The notes: generated by a model from the sequence alone, not told the origin. A stretch of 64,000 nt of DNA from Bdellovibrionales bacterium (GCA_031426555.1 JANPLN010000018.1:256-64255); one strand, 5' to 3'. Positions 42,303-53,129 are shown, counted from the first letter of the stretch. A program made the numbers and translations.

Positions 42303-44669
42303 ATGAAAACAAACCAAATCAAGTCCGTATTGTATGCGTTATTTTTTCTCTCTGGGGCCCTGTTTATTGCACTCGCGTTAGGTACGCACAACCCCGAAGA
42401 TCCATCATTCAATTCTATTGGGGTGCGACAAAACGCGCACAATGCATGCGGTCTTTTCGGAAGTTTTTTTTCCGATCTCATGTTTCAAATGTTCGGTGTG
42501 ACCTCGTGGGGAGCGGTTGGAGTTCTCTTATTTTTCGCCCATAGTTTTTTAAAGCGGCCCCCCATGAACAGACCCAACGACAGACCCACTGAAGTCCTTT
42601 GGGAAAAAATATTAGCGGCAGCTCTTCTGATGGTAACGGCTTCAACTCTGCTTTCTTTGCACTTGCAGGGAATAAAGATTTATCAAAATAATATTTATAT
42701 TGGCGGAATGATCGGACAGTTTTTGCAAACGCAAATGACGCGCCTCTTTAACACCGTGGGTGTGGGGATAATTCTGTGGACAAGTCTGGCGGCTTTGCAT
42801 GTGATCCTTTTTGGTCCACGAGCGTTAGAGGACGGCAAAGAATGGATCCTTCGCTTTTTTGACAAATTAAAAGAGAGTTACCAAAATTCTCGCGCACGAT
42901 CAGAGCTCAGAAAAATAGAAGCGCTCAAAAAAACAGAGGCGTCCAACAAAACCACCTCCCTCAAAATTGATTATCAAAAATCGGCACCAGCTCAGACCAT
43001 GAGTCAGACCCAGCAAGACGAGCCCACAGATAATGCCGATGACAATGAGGATACAACTCAAGAGCCGGCGGCTCCCATGCTGCAAAACCTTTTTGCGCCA
43101 CTCAAGCGCCGCCGAGTGGATCTTAAGAAAAAAGTGCAACGCCGAATCGCTAACTGGAAACTTCCTGAGATCGGCATTTTGGAAGACCCACCAGAATCTC
43201 GCTATCGAGTGGACGAAAAGGAAATTAAAATGAAGTCCGCCTTATTAGTGGATAAGCTGGGGCAGTTTTCGGTCAAGGGCGAAGTGAAGGGCGCAAAGCC
43301 AGGGCCGGCCGTGACGCTTTTTGAATTCAAACCCAATGCCGACGTGAAGATCAGTAAAATTACCGAACTCGCCGACGATCTGTCGTTGGCGCTGAGCAGT
43401 GAATCCGTGCGGATCATTGCTCCCATTCCAGGGCGCGATGTGGTGGGGATCGAAACTTCAAATTCCCATCGTGAAACTGTGTACTTAAAAGATGTTTTAG
43501 CCCTCGATGAATTTTGGTCGGACGACATGAAATTACCTTTGGCCCTGGGCCGACAAGCAGATGGGCTTCCGAAGGTTGTGGATCTTCGTAAGATGCCGCA
43601 TCTATTAGTCGCGGGAACAACCGGGTCGGGAAAATCAGTATTTGTTGTGTGTGCGCTCACCGGGCTGTTATTTCGCCACTCCCCACAAACATTGCGTTTG
43701 ATACTGATTGATCCCAAGCAAGTGGATTTGGCGGCATTTAATAATATCCCTCACTTATTATTACCCATGGTGACCGAGCCCAAAAAGGCAGTGAACGCGC
43801 TAAACTGGGCTGTGCGCGAAATGGAAAAACGCTACCGCTCAATGTCGAAGTTTGGCGCGCGGGGATTGGAGTCGTTTAACGAGAAAGTTTTAGAGATCAG
43901 CAAAGAGGATAGCGAAATTCATGACAAGCACAATAATTCGGGCGAAGTCCCGGTAGACTCCTACTATTACACTCCACAACCGTATATAGTGATCGTCGTG
44001 GAAGAGTTTGGTGATTTGATGGCCGTGGATAAAAACAACGTGGAGCACGCAGTGGTTCGCTTGGCGCAAATGGCGCGCGCTTGCGGGATTCATTTAATCT
44101 TAGCCATGCAGAGCCCGAGAAAAGATGTAGTCACGGGGCTTATTAAAACAAACATTCCTGGCCGCATTAGCTTTAAAGTGGCGAGCAAGATGGATTCGCG
44201 AATCATCATCGACGATTCCGGAGCCGAACGTCTGTTGGCGCGCGGGGATATGTTGTTTCAAGCGCCGGGAGTTGCAAAGCCCGAACGCCATCATGGACCG
44301 TGGGTGACAGAGACCGAAATCGCCGAAGTGATGTCTTATTGGTCGCAACAAGGGCAGCCGGATTATGATGAGTCGGCCATGCGTGCAATCACCCGTCAGC
44401 CCGCCTTTGCAGAGGGCGCGGAGGGTGCCTGGGACAGCGCTGATGGGGAATCTGATGATTACGACGAGCGCTACGACGAAATTCTCGCTTGGGTTTCGGG
44501 CCTGAAGTCAGTGAGTGCTTCGCTCGTGCAACGAAAGTTCCGTTTAGGATACCCACGAGCGGCGCGTCTGATCGAATTGTTCGAACGCGAGGGTGTAGTG
44601 GGACCTGCCAATGGCAGCAAGCCGCGCGATGTTTTAATCAAAGCGTATGAAGGGCCAAAAACACTATGA
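42303..44669 (+). CDS. ftsK: DNA translocase FtsK/SpoIIIE
   Basis: N-terminal 4TM domain, PHLLVAGTTGSGKS, GAERLLARGDML, gamma domain GYPRAAR. Confidence 0.96.
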   Translation: MKTNQIKSVLYALFFLSGALFIALALGTHNPEDPSFNSIGVRQNAHNACGLFGSFFSDLMFQMFGVTSWGAVGVLLFFAHSFLKRPPMNRPNDRPTEVLWEKILAAALLMVTASTLLSLHLQGIKIYQNNIYIGGMIGQFLQTQMTRLFNTVGVGIILWTSLAALHVILFGPRALEDGKEWILRFFDKLKESYQNSRARSELRKIEALKKTEASNKTTSLKIDYQKSAPAQTMSQTQQDEPTDNADDNEDTTQEPAAPMLQNLFAPLKRRRVDLKKKVQRRIANWKLPEIGILEDPPESRYRVDEKEIKMKSALLVDKLGQFSVKGEVKGAKPGPAVTLFEFKPNADVKISKITELADDLSLALSSESVRIIAPIPGRDVVGIETSNSHRETVYLKDVLALDEFWSDDMKLPLALGRQADGLPKVVDLRKMPHLLVAGTTGSGKSVFVVCALTGLLFRHSPQTLRLILIDPKQVDLAAFNNIPHLLLPMVTEPKKAVNALNWAVREMEKRYRSMSKFGARGLESFNEKVLEISKEDSEIHDKHNNSGEVPVDSYYYTPQPYIVIVVEEFGDLMAVDKNNVEHAVVRLAQMARACGIHLILAMQSPRKDVVTGLIKTNIPGRISFKVASKMDSRIIIDDSGAERLLARGDMLFQAPGVAKPERHHGPWVTETEIAEVMSYWSQQGQPDYDESAMRAITRQPAFAEGAEGAWDSADGESDDYDERYDEILAWVSGLKSVSASLVQRKFRLGYPRAARLIELFEREGVVGPANGSKPRDVLIKAYEGPKTL

Positions 44670-45451
44670 TGTTTCATGTTGCGATGAGTTTGCTTTTACT
44701 GAGTCACGCAACTTTGGACACCGTTAAAAACCAGTTCCTCGAAAAAAATGTGGGAGAAGCGGTTTTTTTGCTAAAAAACGATCATCACAAAATTCTCAAG
44801 AACAGCCAAAGCCAGGCGCAAGTGGCGCAGTGGCTGTCGACCTTTCAATATGACAGCACGCTGAGTCTTTTCGAAAAAAACTTGGATTTGCTGATGGTGT
44901 CGGCCGGGGATCAGAGTGAGATTGAAAAGAATTTTTTATTAGCTCTCGAACGGGAGCCGTACAATACAAAGTTGTTAACCCACACCATCGCTTTTTGGCT
45001 GAATCAAAAAAACTTTTCCAAGGCTCGGGAGAAAATTGAGTGGGCTAAAAAAGAGCTGCCATTTATGGAGATCTACAAAACTTATGGCAACTGGTTAGGG
45101 CTGCAAGACCCAAAGCAGGAGCCAAACGCAAAGGTTTCTTGTCAGGCAGCTACCCTGCTGCCGGGGGAAAAAGATTTTTGTCTGTATGTGGTCTTGTTAG
45201 AGCTGGCAGCGGCGAGTAAATCAAAAAAACCCTCCCCCGAAGTCATGAAAGCTTTTCACAAGACCAGTATCCTCAATCGCCATTTTGTCCTTTGGGAAAA
45301 ATGGCGAAGGGCCGAGGAAAAACAGAAATTTTTATCGTCTTGTCGCCCCTTATCTGATAAACAAAAAAAGGCATTTTTAATGGTGCCGGAATTTTGTAAA
45401 ATCGACGATCGAAATGACGATCAAAATACTGATAAGGAAACAAATGAGTAA
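44666..45451 (+). CDS. Hypothetical exported TPR-like protein
   Basis: Signal-like N-terminus, ALEREPYN TPR-like helix, Cys pairs; overlaps the ftsK stop. Confidence 0.65.
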   Translation: MMFHVAMSLLLLSHATLDTVKNQFLEKNVGEAVFLLKNDHHKILKNSQSQAQVAQWLSTFQYDSTLSLFEKNLDLLMVSAGDQSEIEKNFLLALEREPYNTKLLTHTIAFWLNQKNFSKAREKIEWAKKELPFMEIYKTYGNWLGLQDPKQEPNAKVSCQAATLLPGEKDFCLYVVLLELAAASKSKKPSPEVMKAFHKTSILNRHFVLWEKWRRAEEKQKFLSSCRPLSDKQKKAFLMVPEFCKIDDRNDDQNTDKETNE

Positions 45452-45656
45452 AATACTATTGGGCCTGGTTTTTGCGGCGACCCTTGGTTGCGGAGTCAAA
45501 GGGCCACCGGAACCGCCACTCCCAACGGAAGGCTCTCTTAAAAAAGAGCTCCAGCAGGAGCAAGCAGCACCGCCACAGTCAGTGCCGCCCCCAGTTCCGC
45601 CGAAAGCATCGAAAAAGAAATCAACGTCCAAGGCCCCAAAAACCAAGGACCAGTAA
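45444..45656 (+). CDS. Small lipoprotein of the LptM/YifL/LppL type
   Basis: TLG-CGVKGPPEPP fits the CGxKGP motif; the position before dapF is typical. Confidence 0.75.
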   Translation: MSKILLGLVFAATLGCGVKGPPEPPLPTEGSLKKELQQEQAAPPQSVPPPVPPKASKKKSTSKAPKTKDQ

Positions 45657-46456
45657 TGAAGTTTTTTAAAGCACAGGCAACGGGCAATGATTTTATCATT
45701 GTGGACGAAAACCAATGGCAGCCCTCTAAGGCTATTGTGAGTAGACTTTGTGATCGACATTTTGGAATCGGTTCTGATGGGTTGGTGCACTTACGGAGCA
45801 CATCAATTCCCCAGCAGTTTGAGTGGACGTTTTACAATCCTGATGGAAACGAGGCCGAAATGTGCGGAAACGCGGCTCGCGCAACAACGTGGTTTTTATT
45901 TTTACAAAAACAGCTGTCAGAAGTTGTGGTAAAAACCCAGCGCGGGCAGTTTGTTGGAAAAACCCTGCGAAACGAATTTGTAGAAATCGAAACCACAATG
46001 CCTGCGGAGGCGATTCAAAAATTCGATAATATGTTCCAAGGCAGATTCAAAGAAGGGTACCTCACAAACACCGGAGTTCCGCACTTTGTGATTCCAGTGG
46101 CAAATATTGAAGCAGTTATGGGTCGAGCGCAGGAATTATCGCCATTTATTTTCGATCCTGCTTTTGGCCCTCGCGGCTCCAACCTTACATTTTTTGCCAT
46201 TCAAGGGGACGACACTTTGGATTCCGTCACCCTCGAGCGTGGGGTCAACGATTTTACGCTTTCCTGTGGCACAGGTGTTCTCGCCGCCGCACAGGTTTAT
46301 TTATATTTAAAGAACAGAAAAAACTTGGTGCAAGTGACAACACCGGGTGGCCAGCTAGCGGTTGAGATGATGGGCGACGAGGCAAAATCTTCAGGGCAAC
46401 TTACGGCTAAATTGAGCGGTGAAGCAAGATTAGTTTTTGAAGGGAGCATCGAATGA
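45656..46456 (+). CDS. dapF: Diaminopimelate epimerase
   Basis: GNDF, EMCGNA, GVPH, ERGV..TLSCGTG. Confidence 0.95.
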   Translation: MKFFKAQATGNDFIIVDENQWQPSKAIVSRLCDRHFGIGSDGLVHLRSTSIPQQFEWTFYNPDGNEAEMCGNAARATTWFLFLQKQLSEVVVKTQRGQFVGKTLRNEFVEIETTMPAEAIQKFDNMFQGRFKEGYLTNTGVPHFVIPVANIEAVMGRAQELSPFIFDPAFGPRGSNLTFFAIQGDDTLDSVTLERGVNDFTLSCGTGVLAAAQVYLYLKNRKNLVQVTTPGGQLAVEMMGDEAKSSGQLTAKLSGEARLVFEGSIE

Positions 46457-47325
46457 AGCCAACAGGAGTTTACACAGCGCTAGTGACGCCATTTAAAAAT
46501 GGCCAAGTGGACGAAGCGTCGCTATTAAAATTAGTGCAGCAGCAGATGATAGCGGGAGTTCAGCAGTTTGTTGTTAATGGAACGACAGCCGAAAGCCCCA
46601 CCCTTTCCGAGGAGGAAAGTCTCGGCATTTTAAAACTTGTTACAAAAGCTGCGGGACCTAGCGCCACCATCATGTTTGGCTCTGGCAGCAACAATACAAA
46701 AAAAACTGTGGAGTTTTCGCAAAAAGCCGTGGCTGCAGGAGCCAAATCACTCCTCGTTGTTGTTCCTTATTACAACAAACCTCCTCAGCAAGGCTTGTAC
46801 GAACACTTTAAAACTGTTGCCGATGAGGCTGGTGCCCCCGTTCTCCTCTACAATGTTCCCGGCAGAACAATTACGAGCCTCGAAGTGGATACGATACAGA
46901 AGCTTTCGCAGCACAAAAATATTTGCGGAATCAAAGAGGCCACAGGAAACATGGAGTTTGGGCAAAAAATCCTCTCTGCCTGCGGCCCCAACTGGAATGT
47001 GCTGAGTGGCGACGATGAAACCTGTTTGGATTTAAAAAAACTCGGCGGCGAAGGAGTTATTTCCGTGTGTTCCCACATAATGCCACTTAAAATGAGCGAA
47101 TGGTTTTCGGCGGCTGTTACCGAAGATGCGTTAAGAGATTTCCGTGGTTCTCTCGAATTAATTCGCAGTCTGTACATTACGGCAAATCCCATTCCGGTGA
47201 AAGCAGCGCTCAATATCCTGGGCGTTATCGAGAGCGATGAAATGCGCTTACCGCTTTGCAAATTGACCGCGGAGCAAAAAAAGAAAATTGAAGAAACATT
47301 GAAGACCTACGAGAAGTATCTATGA
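46453..47325 (+). CDS. dapA: 4-hydroxy-tetrahydrodipicolinate synthase
   Basis: GTTAES, PYYNKP, YNVPGRT, GIKEATG. Confidence 0.96.
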   Translation: MKPTGVYTALVTPFKNGQVDEASLLKLVQQQMIAGVQQFVVNGTTAESPTLSEEESLGILKLVTKAAGPSATIMFGSGSNNTKKTVEFSQKAVAAGAKSLLVVVPYYNKPPQQGLYEHFKTVADEAGAPVLLYNVPGRTITSLEVDTIQKLSQHKNICGIKEATGNMEFGQKILSACGPNWNVLSGDDETCLDLKKLGGEGVISVCSHIMPLKMSEWFSAAVTEDALRDFRGSLELIRSLYITANPIPVKAALNILGVIESDEMRLPLCKLTAEQKKKIEETLKTYEKYL

Positions 47326-48005
47326 ATATTTTTGTTGTCGGCGCGCACGGCAGAATGGGATTAGAGATTCAGAAAATCCTACGGAAAACCAAAGGCGCGG
47401 TGTTTAGTGGAGGAATAGCTCGGGAAGCCGAGGGGTCCGTGGTCATCGGGTTTGACGAAGTTCAACGCACGCCAGATCTCGTCATCGACTTTTCCTCTCC
47501 GGAGATGTTTATGCAAACGCTGCAGTGGTGCGAGGAAAAAAAAGTTCCTCTGCTGTCAGGAACCACGGGGCTTTCGGAAAAACATTTTTCGGCCTTAAAA
47601 AAAGCGAGCAAAAAGATTCCAGTGCTATGGACGGCCAACACCTCCATTGGGGTGCAAATGGTCAAAGATCTGTTGCGAGCACTTCCACTCCCCGGCCATT
47701 TTAAGGTGCAAATGACCGAGTGGCATCACATTCACAAAAAAGACAAACCCAGCGGTACGGCCATCGTATTACAAAACATTCTCAACGAAAAACGCGCCAA
47801 ATTGCCAAAGCCCAAATCGATTCGCGAGGGTGAAATCGTCGGGACCCACCGGATAGAAATTTCCTCGGGAGAAGAAGTGATCACCATCGAGCACAAGGCC
47901 TTGCGCAGAGCTGTTTTTGCCCGCGGAGCCGTGGAAGCGGGAGTGTGGCTTGCAAATAAACGCGCTGGCTTTTACTCCATGGAAGACTATCTCCAATCGT
48001 TGTAA
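47322..48005 (+). CDS. dapB: 4-hydroxy-tetrahydrodipicolinate reductase
   Basis: GAHGRMG, IDFS, GTTG, EWHHIHKKDKPSGTA. Confidence 0.95.
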   Translation: MNIFVVGAHGRMGLEIQKILRKTKGAVFSGGIAREAEGSVVIGFDEVQRTPDLVIDFSSPEMFMQTLQWCEEKKVPLLSGTTGLSEKHFSALKKASKKIPVLWTANTSIGVQMVKDLLRALPLPGHFKVQMTEWHHIHKKDKPSGTAIVLQNILNEKRAKLPKPKSIREGEIVGTHRIEISSGEEVITIEHKALRRAVFARGAVEAGVWLANKRAGFYSMEDYLQSL

Positions 48006-48077
48006 ATTTTTAATTGGTTCGTTGAATCTGAGCCTATCCTAGAATAGGATGGGGCAAATTCGATTCAGGGAGCCCAA

Positions 48078-48722
48078 ATGAAATTTTTCATTGATTCAGC
48101 AGACATTAACGAAATCAAACAAGCCAATGCGCGTGGATGGGTGGATGGCGTTACCACAAATCCCTCTCTGATCGCTGGCATCGGTCGCCCGTTTAAAGAA
48201 GTCATCGCTGACATTTGTAGAGAAGTGAAAGGGCCCGTCTCTGCTGAAGTGCTCTCTATAAAATCCGGAGATATGTTTAAAGAGGGAATGGATTTAGCAA
48301 AAATCGCCGATAACGTGGTGGTTAAAATTCCAATGACCGAAGAGGGTTTAGTTGCAGTTCGCCAGCTTCGTGCCGAGGGAATCAAATCCAACGTCACTCT
48401 TGTTTTTTCTCCCCTTCAAGCTTTATTAGTCGCAAAAGCCGGCGGTGCCATGGTCTCTCCTTTTGTTGGTCGGCTGGACGACATCTCAAATACAGGAATG
48501 GATTTGATCCAACAAATTCATACGATTTATCACAATTACGGTTTCGAAACAGAAATTCTAGTGGCCAGTATCCGCCACAATATTCACATTCTTGATTCGG
48601 CAATGATTGGCGCAGACATCGTGACTGTTCCGTTCAAAGTCATGCAAGGAATGAGTCAGCACCCGCTTACAGACAAAGGTCTCGAAAAATTCCTAAAGGA
48701 TGCTCAGAAGATAGTGAAGTAA
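48078..48722 (+). CDS. Transaldolase / fructose-6-phosphate aldolase (TalC/Fsa family)
   Basis: [26 protein letters not shown]. Confidence 0.93.
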   Translation: MKFFIDSADINEIKQANARGWVDGVTTNPSLIAGIGRPFKEVIADICREVKGPVSAEVLSIKSGDMFKEGMDLAKIADNVVVKIPMTEEGLVAVRQLRAEGIKSNVTLVFSPLQALLVAKAGGAMVSPFVGRLDDISNTGMDLIQQIHTIYHNYGFETEILVASIRHNIHILDSAMIGADIVTVPFKVMQGMSQHPLTDKGLEKFLKDAQKIVK

Positions 48723-48734
48723 TACTCTTAATTG

Positions 48735-49178
48735 ATGTTAAGAGTTCTGAGTTTTATTTTCCTCATGACAGCGTTTGGTTGTGCAAGCCCTCCGTCGGGT
48801 CCGTATGCAGAGCGCAACACTGTGAATGCATCAGTTGTGGGGATTATAAAAGCCTTCGATCGTGCCGCCGTTGGGATTCGTGGCCGAAGCGCCAACGGCC
48901 GTGAGCTTGTTTCCAAGTATCATTTGCCCGGTGGAGACGGCTATGACTTTGCGGGAGACAAGCCAGAGCGAGCTTACACCAAATTACGAATTCTCGGCGA
49001 GCGACGTCCCTACACGTTGCAAGTCCAGTACGTTATCGAAAAGCGGAACTCGAAGGGTGTCTATAAAGTCACCGACTATGATCTAGCAAAAGCAGAAATC
49101 ATACTGAAAGACCTGATTAAGTATCTAGTCACACGTCCCGGACGGGAAGACTTCATTGACGACTTCAGGCCCTTCTAA
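48735..49178 (+). CDS. Hypothetical lipoprotein
   Basis: AFG-C lipobox; C-terminal IDDFRPF. Confidence 0.7.
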   Translation: MLRVLSFIFLMTAFGCASPPSGPYAERNTVNASVVGIIKAFDRAAVGIRGRSANGRELVSKYHLPGGDGYDFAGDKPERAYTKLRILGERRPYTLQVQYVIEKRNSKGVYKVTDYDLAKAEIILKDLIKYLVTRPGREDFIDDFRPF

Positions 49179-49199
49179 ATAAACTACTAGTGGGTAACT

Positions 49200-51095
49200 A
49201 TGCGAACACTCACTGGATTTATATTTCATTTTTTATTTTTGAGCGCCTCAAGCGCGTCATTCTTTTTGGCGTCGAATATTATTTATCCTGTGCGCACTGT
49301 GATGGATCGTCCCCCCGTGCAAATGCCACGGATGACATTAAACTTTTCGGAGTTCTCACCGGCGTTTGCCGCACTCGAAGATGATTACTACATGTCTATT
49401 TACGAGGAAGAGCAAATTCCGCAAAACGTGGCGACCACACAATTACAACCAAGCTCAAAAGAAATTATTAAAAGCGAATTTTCCGAAATACAAATTCCAC
49501 AGATGACGTTGCGACCTGCTGACGCCATCGACACCATGATGAATGTGAGTGGTGTTTCTCTTGAGGAAATCACTCCAAACAAAACGGATCTAGAGGACAA
49601 ATCTGCAGCGGAACTTCTTGCGGAACAGCAAAAGCAGAGCGTATTGGTTGGCGGCACTCCGCATATTTGGATCCAAGGTAAAATTGAACTCACAGATGGT
49701 TTAGCGATTTCTGATCCGCGCGACACTCTCGCGGTGGGTTGGTTTGTGGACGGTGAAAAACGAAAAGACGGAAGAATTTCGCTGCGCGAAGGCATCTACG
49801 AACTTAAAGTCGATCGGTTAGAGGGCGAAATTATTGCTGAGCTAGCAGATCATCGAGGATTTCTGTTGGGCGAAGCCATCATCGATTTAGAAGTGCTCGC
49901 TAAAACCAGAAAGACTGCCGGTTTAATTATCGGCGGCGTAGATATCAAAATAAAACCCTATAATTTTTCTTTTAAAGGCCAAGCTTTGGCGATTTATGAC
50001 AGCCCCGGAAACAAGCAAGTTGTCTCACGCGCGCAATTTTCGGTGGGAGACCACGAGGTGCATGTCCGCTCCGACGAAAAAGGCAGTTTTGTAGAACCGC
50101 TGATCAGTCCGCAGTCCACCGGTGTTGTTATTGCGCAGCAGGCGAAGTATCGCCAAACAGTTGTACTGGCAAATTTTGAAAGAGAATTAAAAATCCATCT
50201 TTTTCCCGATCAGTTTATGCAAGCCTTTTTTGATACCATCGAACTTCCTAAAAAAAATCGCACTGACGGAATGATTTGGGGAACCATATCCCGAGGTGAG
50301 GAGCCCGCACAAGGTTACCAAGTGCGCATGGTTCAACAGAATGTAAAACCTATCTACTTTCAAATGTATATTGCTCGTAAAGAAAACGAAAAAACCAGCG
50401 AAGACGGCCAGTTTTCTTTTGTTGGTTTAAACGACGGTGAATATGAGATCGAAGTGATTGATCAGCTCGGTCGCTTAATAGATTCCAAGCTCGCCGTGGT
50501 GCAAGCAGGAATGGTCACAGAGCTCAACTTTGAAGTTGGCGACGAGCGAAAGCTCAGCATGCGACCGTTTGATCCTCTCTCGCTACAACCAAAGAACATC
50601 GAGTTTTTTGCTCTAGGACAGACGGGCATCCAACAGGTGAAAACCGAAGAGATTTTAAAAATGAAGTCGTACGTCGGACAAGAGCCGCTGTTGATTTACA
50701 CCAAAGTGGAAGGCGCAGATATCGAGTCGTCCACCTTTGCCAGTCGGCATAAAAAATTCCAAGAAATTCCGGTGCTCAACGACAGTTGGTGGAGAGGGAT
50801 TCAAAAAGCCTATCCAATCACAGTGGCCAGCGGCGTGGTGGTGGGTTTTGTGGATTCGGATCAGCCTTTCGAAGTTTATATCGACCACCAAACCGAAAAA
50901 ACGAAGATTTTGTATCTGGATCAACAGGGAAGAACTATTAATAAAACAGTTGGCGTAAAGCCCGCGGGCTTTGTGGTGTATGGCATCGACCACGGCTTGC
51001 ATACACTCGTCATAGAATCAGAGCAGGGGCAGATCATCTCCGAAGCCGTCTACGTTGACGGCGAAGCTGTTTCTTTAGTCTACAAAGCTCTTTAA
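49200..51095 (+). CDS. Large exported hypothetical protein with carboxypeptidase-regulatory-like (prealbumin-fold) repeats
   Basis: Hydrophobic N-terminus; T.EDGQFSFVGLNDGEYEIEV and SDEKGSF beta-sandwich signatures. Confidence 0.7.
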   Translation: MRTLTGFIFHFLFLSASSASFFLASNIIYPVRTVMDRPPVQMPRMTLNFSEFSPAFAALEDDYYMSIYEEEQIPQNVATTQLQPSSKEIIKSEFSEIQIPQMTLRPADAIDTMMNVSGVSLEEITPNKTDLEDKSAAELLAEQQKQSVLVGGTPHIWIQGKIELTDGLAISDPRDTLAVGWFVDGEKRKDGRISLREGIYELKVDRLEGEIIAELADHRGFLLGEAIIDLEVLAKTRKTAGLIIGGVDIKIKPYNFSFKGQALAIYDSPGNKQVVSRAQFSVGDHEVHVRSDEKGSFVEPLISPQSTGVVIAQQAKYRQTVVLANFERELKIHLFPDQFMQAFFDTIELPKKNRTDGMIWGTISRGEEPAQGYQVRMVQQNVKPIYFQMYIARKENEKTSEDGQFSFVGLNDGEYEIEVIDQLGRLIDSKLAVVQAGMVTELNFEVGDERKLSMRPFDPLSLQPKNIEFFALGQTGIQQVKTEEILKMKSYVGQEPLLIYTKVEGADIESSTFASRHKKFQEIPVLNDSWWRGIQKAYPITVASGVVVGFVDSDQPFEVYIDHQTEKTKILYLDQQGRTINKTVGVKPAGFVVYGIDHGLHTLVIESEQGQIISEAVYVDGEAVSLVYKAL

Positions 51096-51613
51096 TAACT
51101 GATCAGTGTGGCGCCGGTTTCTACGTTGTCGCCGGGTTTAACGTGGATTTTTGTGATTTTTACGTCGGCTCCGGCTTTCATTTCGTTTTCCATCTTCATG
51201 GCTTCCATCACCAGGAGTGGCGTGCCAGCTTTAACCTCGTCGCCTTCTTTGACAAAGACTTTTACAATCTTGCCAGGCATTCCTGATTTAAGTGCGGAAG
51301 CTCCGCCCATGGCGCCGCCCGATTTAAAGCTTTCATGCAGAAGCATTTCGTCGTTGTAGACTTTAAGGTTTCTAAAGCCCCCACGCGAGTACACAGTGCA
51401 ATCAAGGCCGTCAGCAACCACGTCGACCAGATACGACTGGTTGTTGAAAATAAAGCTGATGATGTTATCAACTTCGACAAAGTTTTCGTCGGGGATGGTG
51501 AACTCTTCCCATTTGTCTTGCGTCTCTTCTTTCAACTGTACAGACCAGTCGCCTTCGCGACGAGCGACGTTGATCTGATACTTCTTTTTATCGAGTTCGG
51601 CTTCAAAATACAT
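51092..51613 (-). CDS. Biotin carboxyl carrier protein of an acyl-CoA carboxylase
   Basis: EAMKMENE biotinylation motif. Confidence 0.93.
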   Translation of the reverse strand: MYFEAELDKKKYQINVARREGDWSVQLKEETQDKWEEFTIPDENFVEVDNIISFIFNNQSYLVDVVADGLDCTVYSRGGFRNLKVYNDEMLLHESFKSGGAMGGASALKSGMPGKIVKVFVKEGDEVKAGTPLLVMEAMKMENEMKAGADVKITKIHVKPGDNVETGATLISY

Positions 51614-51614
51614 A

Positions 51615-53123
51615 CTAGTACCTCATCGCATGACGGCGGCTGACTTGTTTCCACCGCGAATAGGTTTCAAGTTTCACTTGCGAATTATCAATCTTTGTCT
51701 CGCGCTGTTTGTACGAGGCAATCGCGGCGGCAATTAAAAATACACGGTCATCAATAAATTTAAAAAGTTCTGGCGGATTGATTACGAGATCTTTTTCACA
51801 AAACTGCGTGGTGTAGGTACCATCAAGAAATTTATCCGCTTTTAAAATCGACTTGTGGAGAACGATATTTGATTTCACCCCGGTTAACGTGAACTCAATC
51901 AATGCGCGCTGCATGCGATTGATGGCTTCTTCGCGTGTTTGGCCCCAGGTTACAACTTTGGCGATCATCGGGTCATAGTGGATGGGAATGTCGTAGCCCG
52001 AATACACATACGTCTCAACGCGCACATAGGGGCCTGATGGTGGGCGAAAGCGGCGGATGTAGCCAGGGGAGGGCATAAACGTTTGTGGATCTTCGGCACA
52101 AATACGGCATTCGATGGCATGGCCGCGCTGTTTGATGTCTTCTTGTTTAAAAGAAAGTTTTTGGCCTGCGGCCACGCGCAGTTGTTCTTGGACGAGATCC
52201 GTGTTGGTCACCATCTCGGTGATGGGATGCTCCACTTGCAAACGGGTGTTCATTTCCATAAAGAAAAATTCTTTAGTGGAGTTATCAAAAATAAATTCAA
52301 ACGTTCCGGCGCCCACATAACCGATGGATTTGGCAGCTTTCACAGCCACCTGCCCCATGCGCTCGCGAACCTCTTTGGGAACAGATGGGCTGGGGCTCTC
52401 TTCGATCAATTTTTGGTGTCGACGTTGAATGGAGCACTCGCGATCAAAAAGATGCACAACATTGCCGTGCTTATCGCCAAACACTTGAATCTCGATGTGC
52501 TTTGGGTTGGTAATAAAACGTTCCATGTAAACGGTGTCGTCTTTAAAGTAGTTAAGTCCCTCGGATCTAGCTGCATTGAAGGAGTTTTCAAGATCCTCGG
52601 GATTTTGCACAACGCGCATGCCTTTTCCACCTCCACCGGCCGAAGCTTTGATCATGATGGGGTAGCCGATTTTCGCAGCCACTTTTTTGGCATCGGCCAC
52701 CGTGTGAACGGCGCCGTCACTGCCCGGAACTGTGGGAACATCGGCCTTTTTCATATGCGATATGGCCGAGAGTTTATCACCCATGGCTTTGATGTTTGCG
52801 GGCGAGGGTCCGATAAACGTAAGTCCTGCGTCCTCAACAGCTTGGGCAAAAAAAGCGCGCTCACTTAAAAAACCATAGCCGGGATGAATCGCATCCGCGC
52901 CTGATTTTTTTGCCACTTCTAAAATTTTATCCTCGCGAAGGTAGGACTCTGTGCTCGGTGCAGGGCCAATTTCGTAAGCTTCGTTGGCAAGTAGAACGTG
53001 TTGGCTAAAGCGATCCACTTCGCTGTAAACAGCAACGGTTGGAATGCCCAAATCGCGACAGGCGCGAATCACGCGAACAGCGATTTCTCCTCGATTGGCG
53101 ATCAAAACTTTTTTAAACATCAT
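51615..53123 (-). CDS. Biotin carboxylase subunit (acetyl/propionyl-CoA carboxylase)
   Basis: ANRGEIA, HPGYGFLSE, GGGGKG, EMNTRLQVEHP. Confidence 0.95.
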   Translation of the reverse strand: MMFKKVLIANRGEIAVRVIRACRDLGIPTVAVYSEVDRFSQHVLLANEAYEIGPAPSTESYLREDKILEVAKKSGADAIHPGYGFLSERAFFAQAVEDAGLTFIGPSPANIKAMGDKLSAISHMKKADVPTVPGSDGAVHTVADAKKVAAKIGYPIMIKASAGGGGKGMRVVQNPEDLENSFNAARSEGLNYFKDDTVYMERFITNPKHIEIQVFGDKHGNVVHLFDRECSIQRRHQKLIEESPSPSVPKEVRERMGQVAVKAAKSIGYVGAGTFEFIFDNSTKEFFFMEMNTRLQVEHPITEMVTNTDLVQEQLRVAAGQKLSFKQEDIKQRGHAIECRICAEDPQTFMPSPGYIRRFRPPSGPYVRVETYVYSGYDIPIHYDPMIAKVVTWGQTREEAINRMQRALIEFTLTGVKSNIVLHKSILKADKFLDGTYTTQFCEKDLVINPPELFKFIDDRVFLIAAAIASYKQRETKIDNSQVKLETYSRWKQVSRRHAMRY

Positions 53124-53129
53124 CAACCT

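Noticed and set aside
52083-52868. 261-aa antisense ORF, and similar long antisense ORFs at 26215-26787 and 29517-30095
   Set aside because: They lie opposite conserved housekeeping genes and have no recognisable motifs, which is typical of codon-bias shadows.
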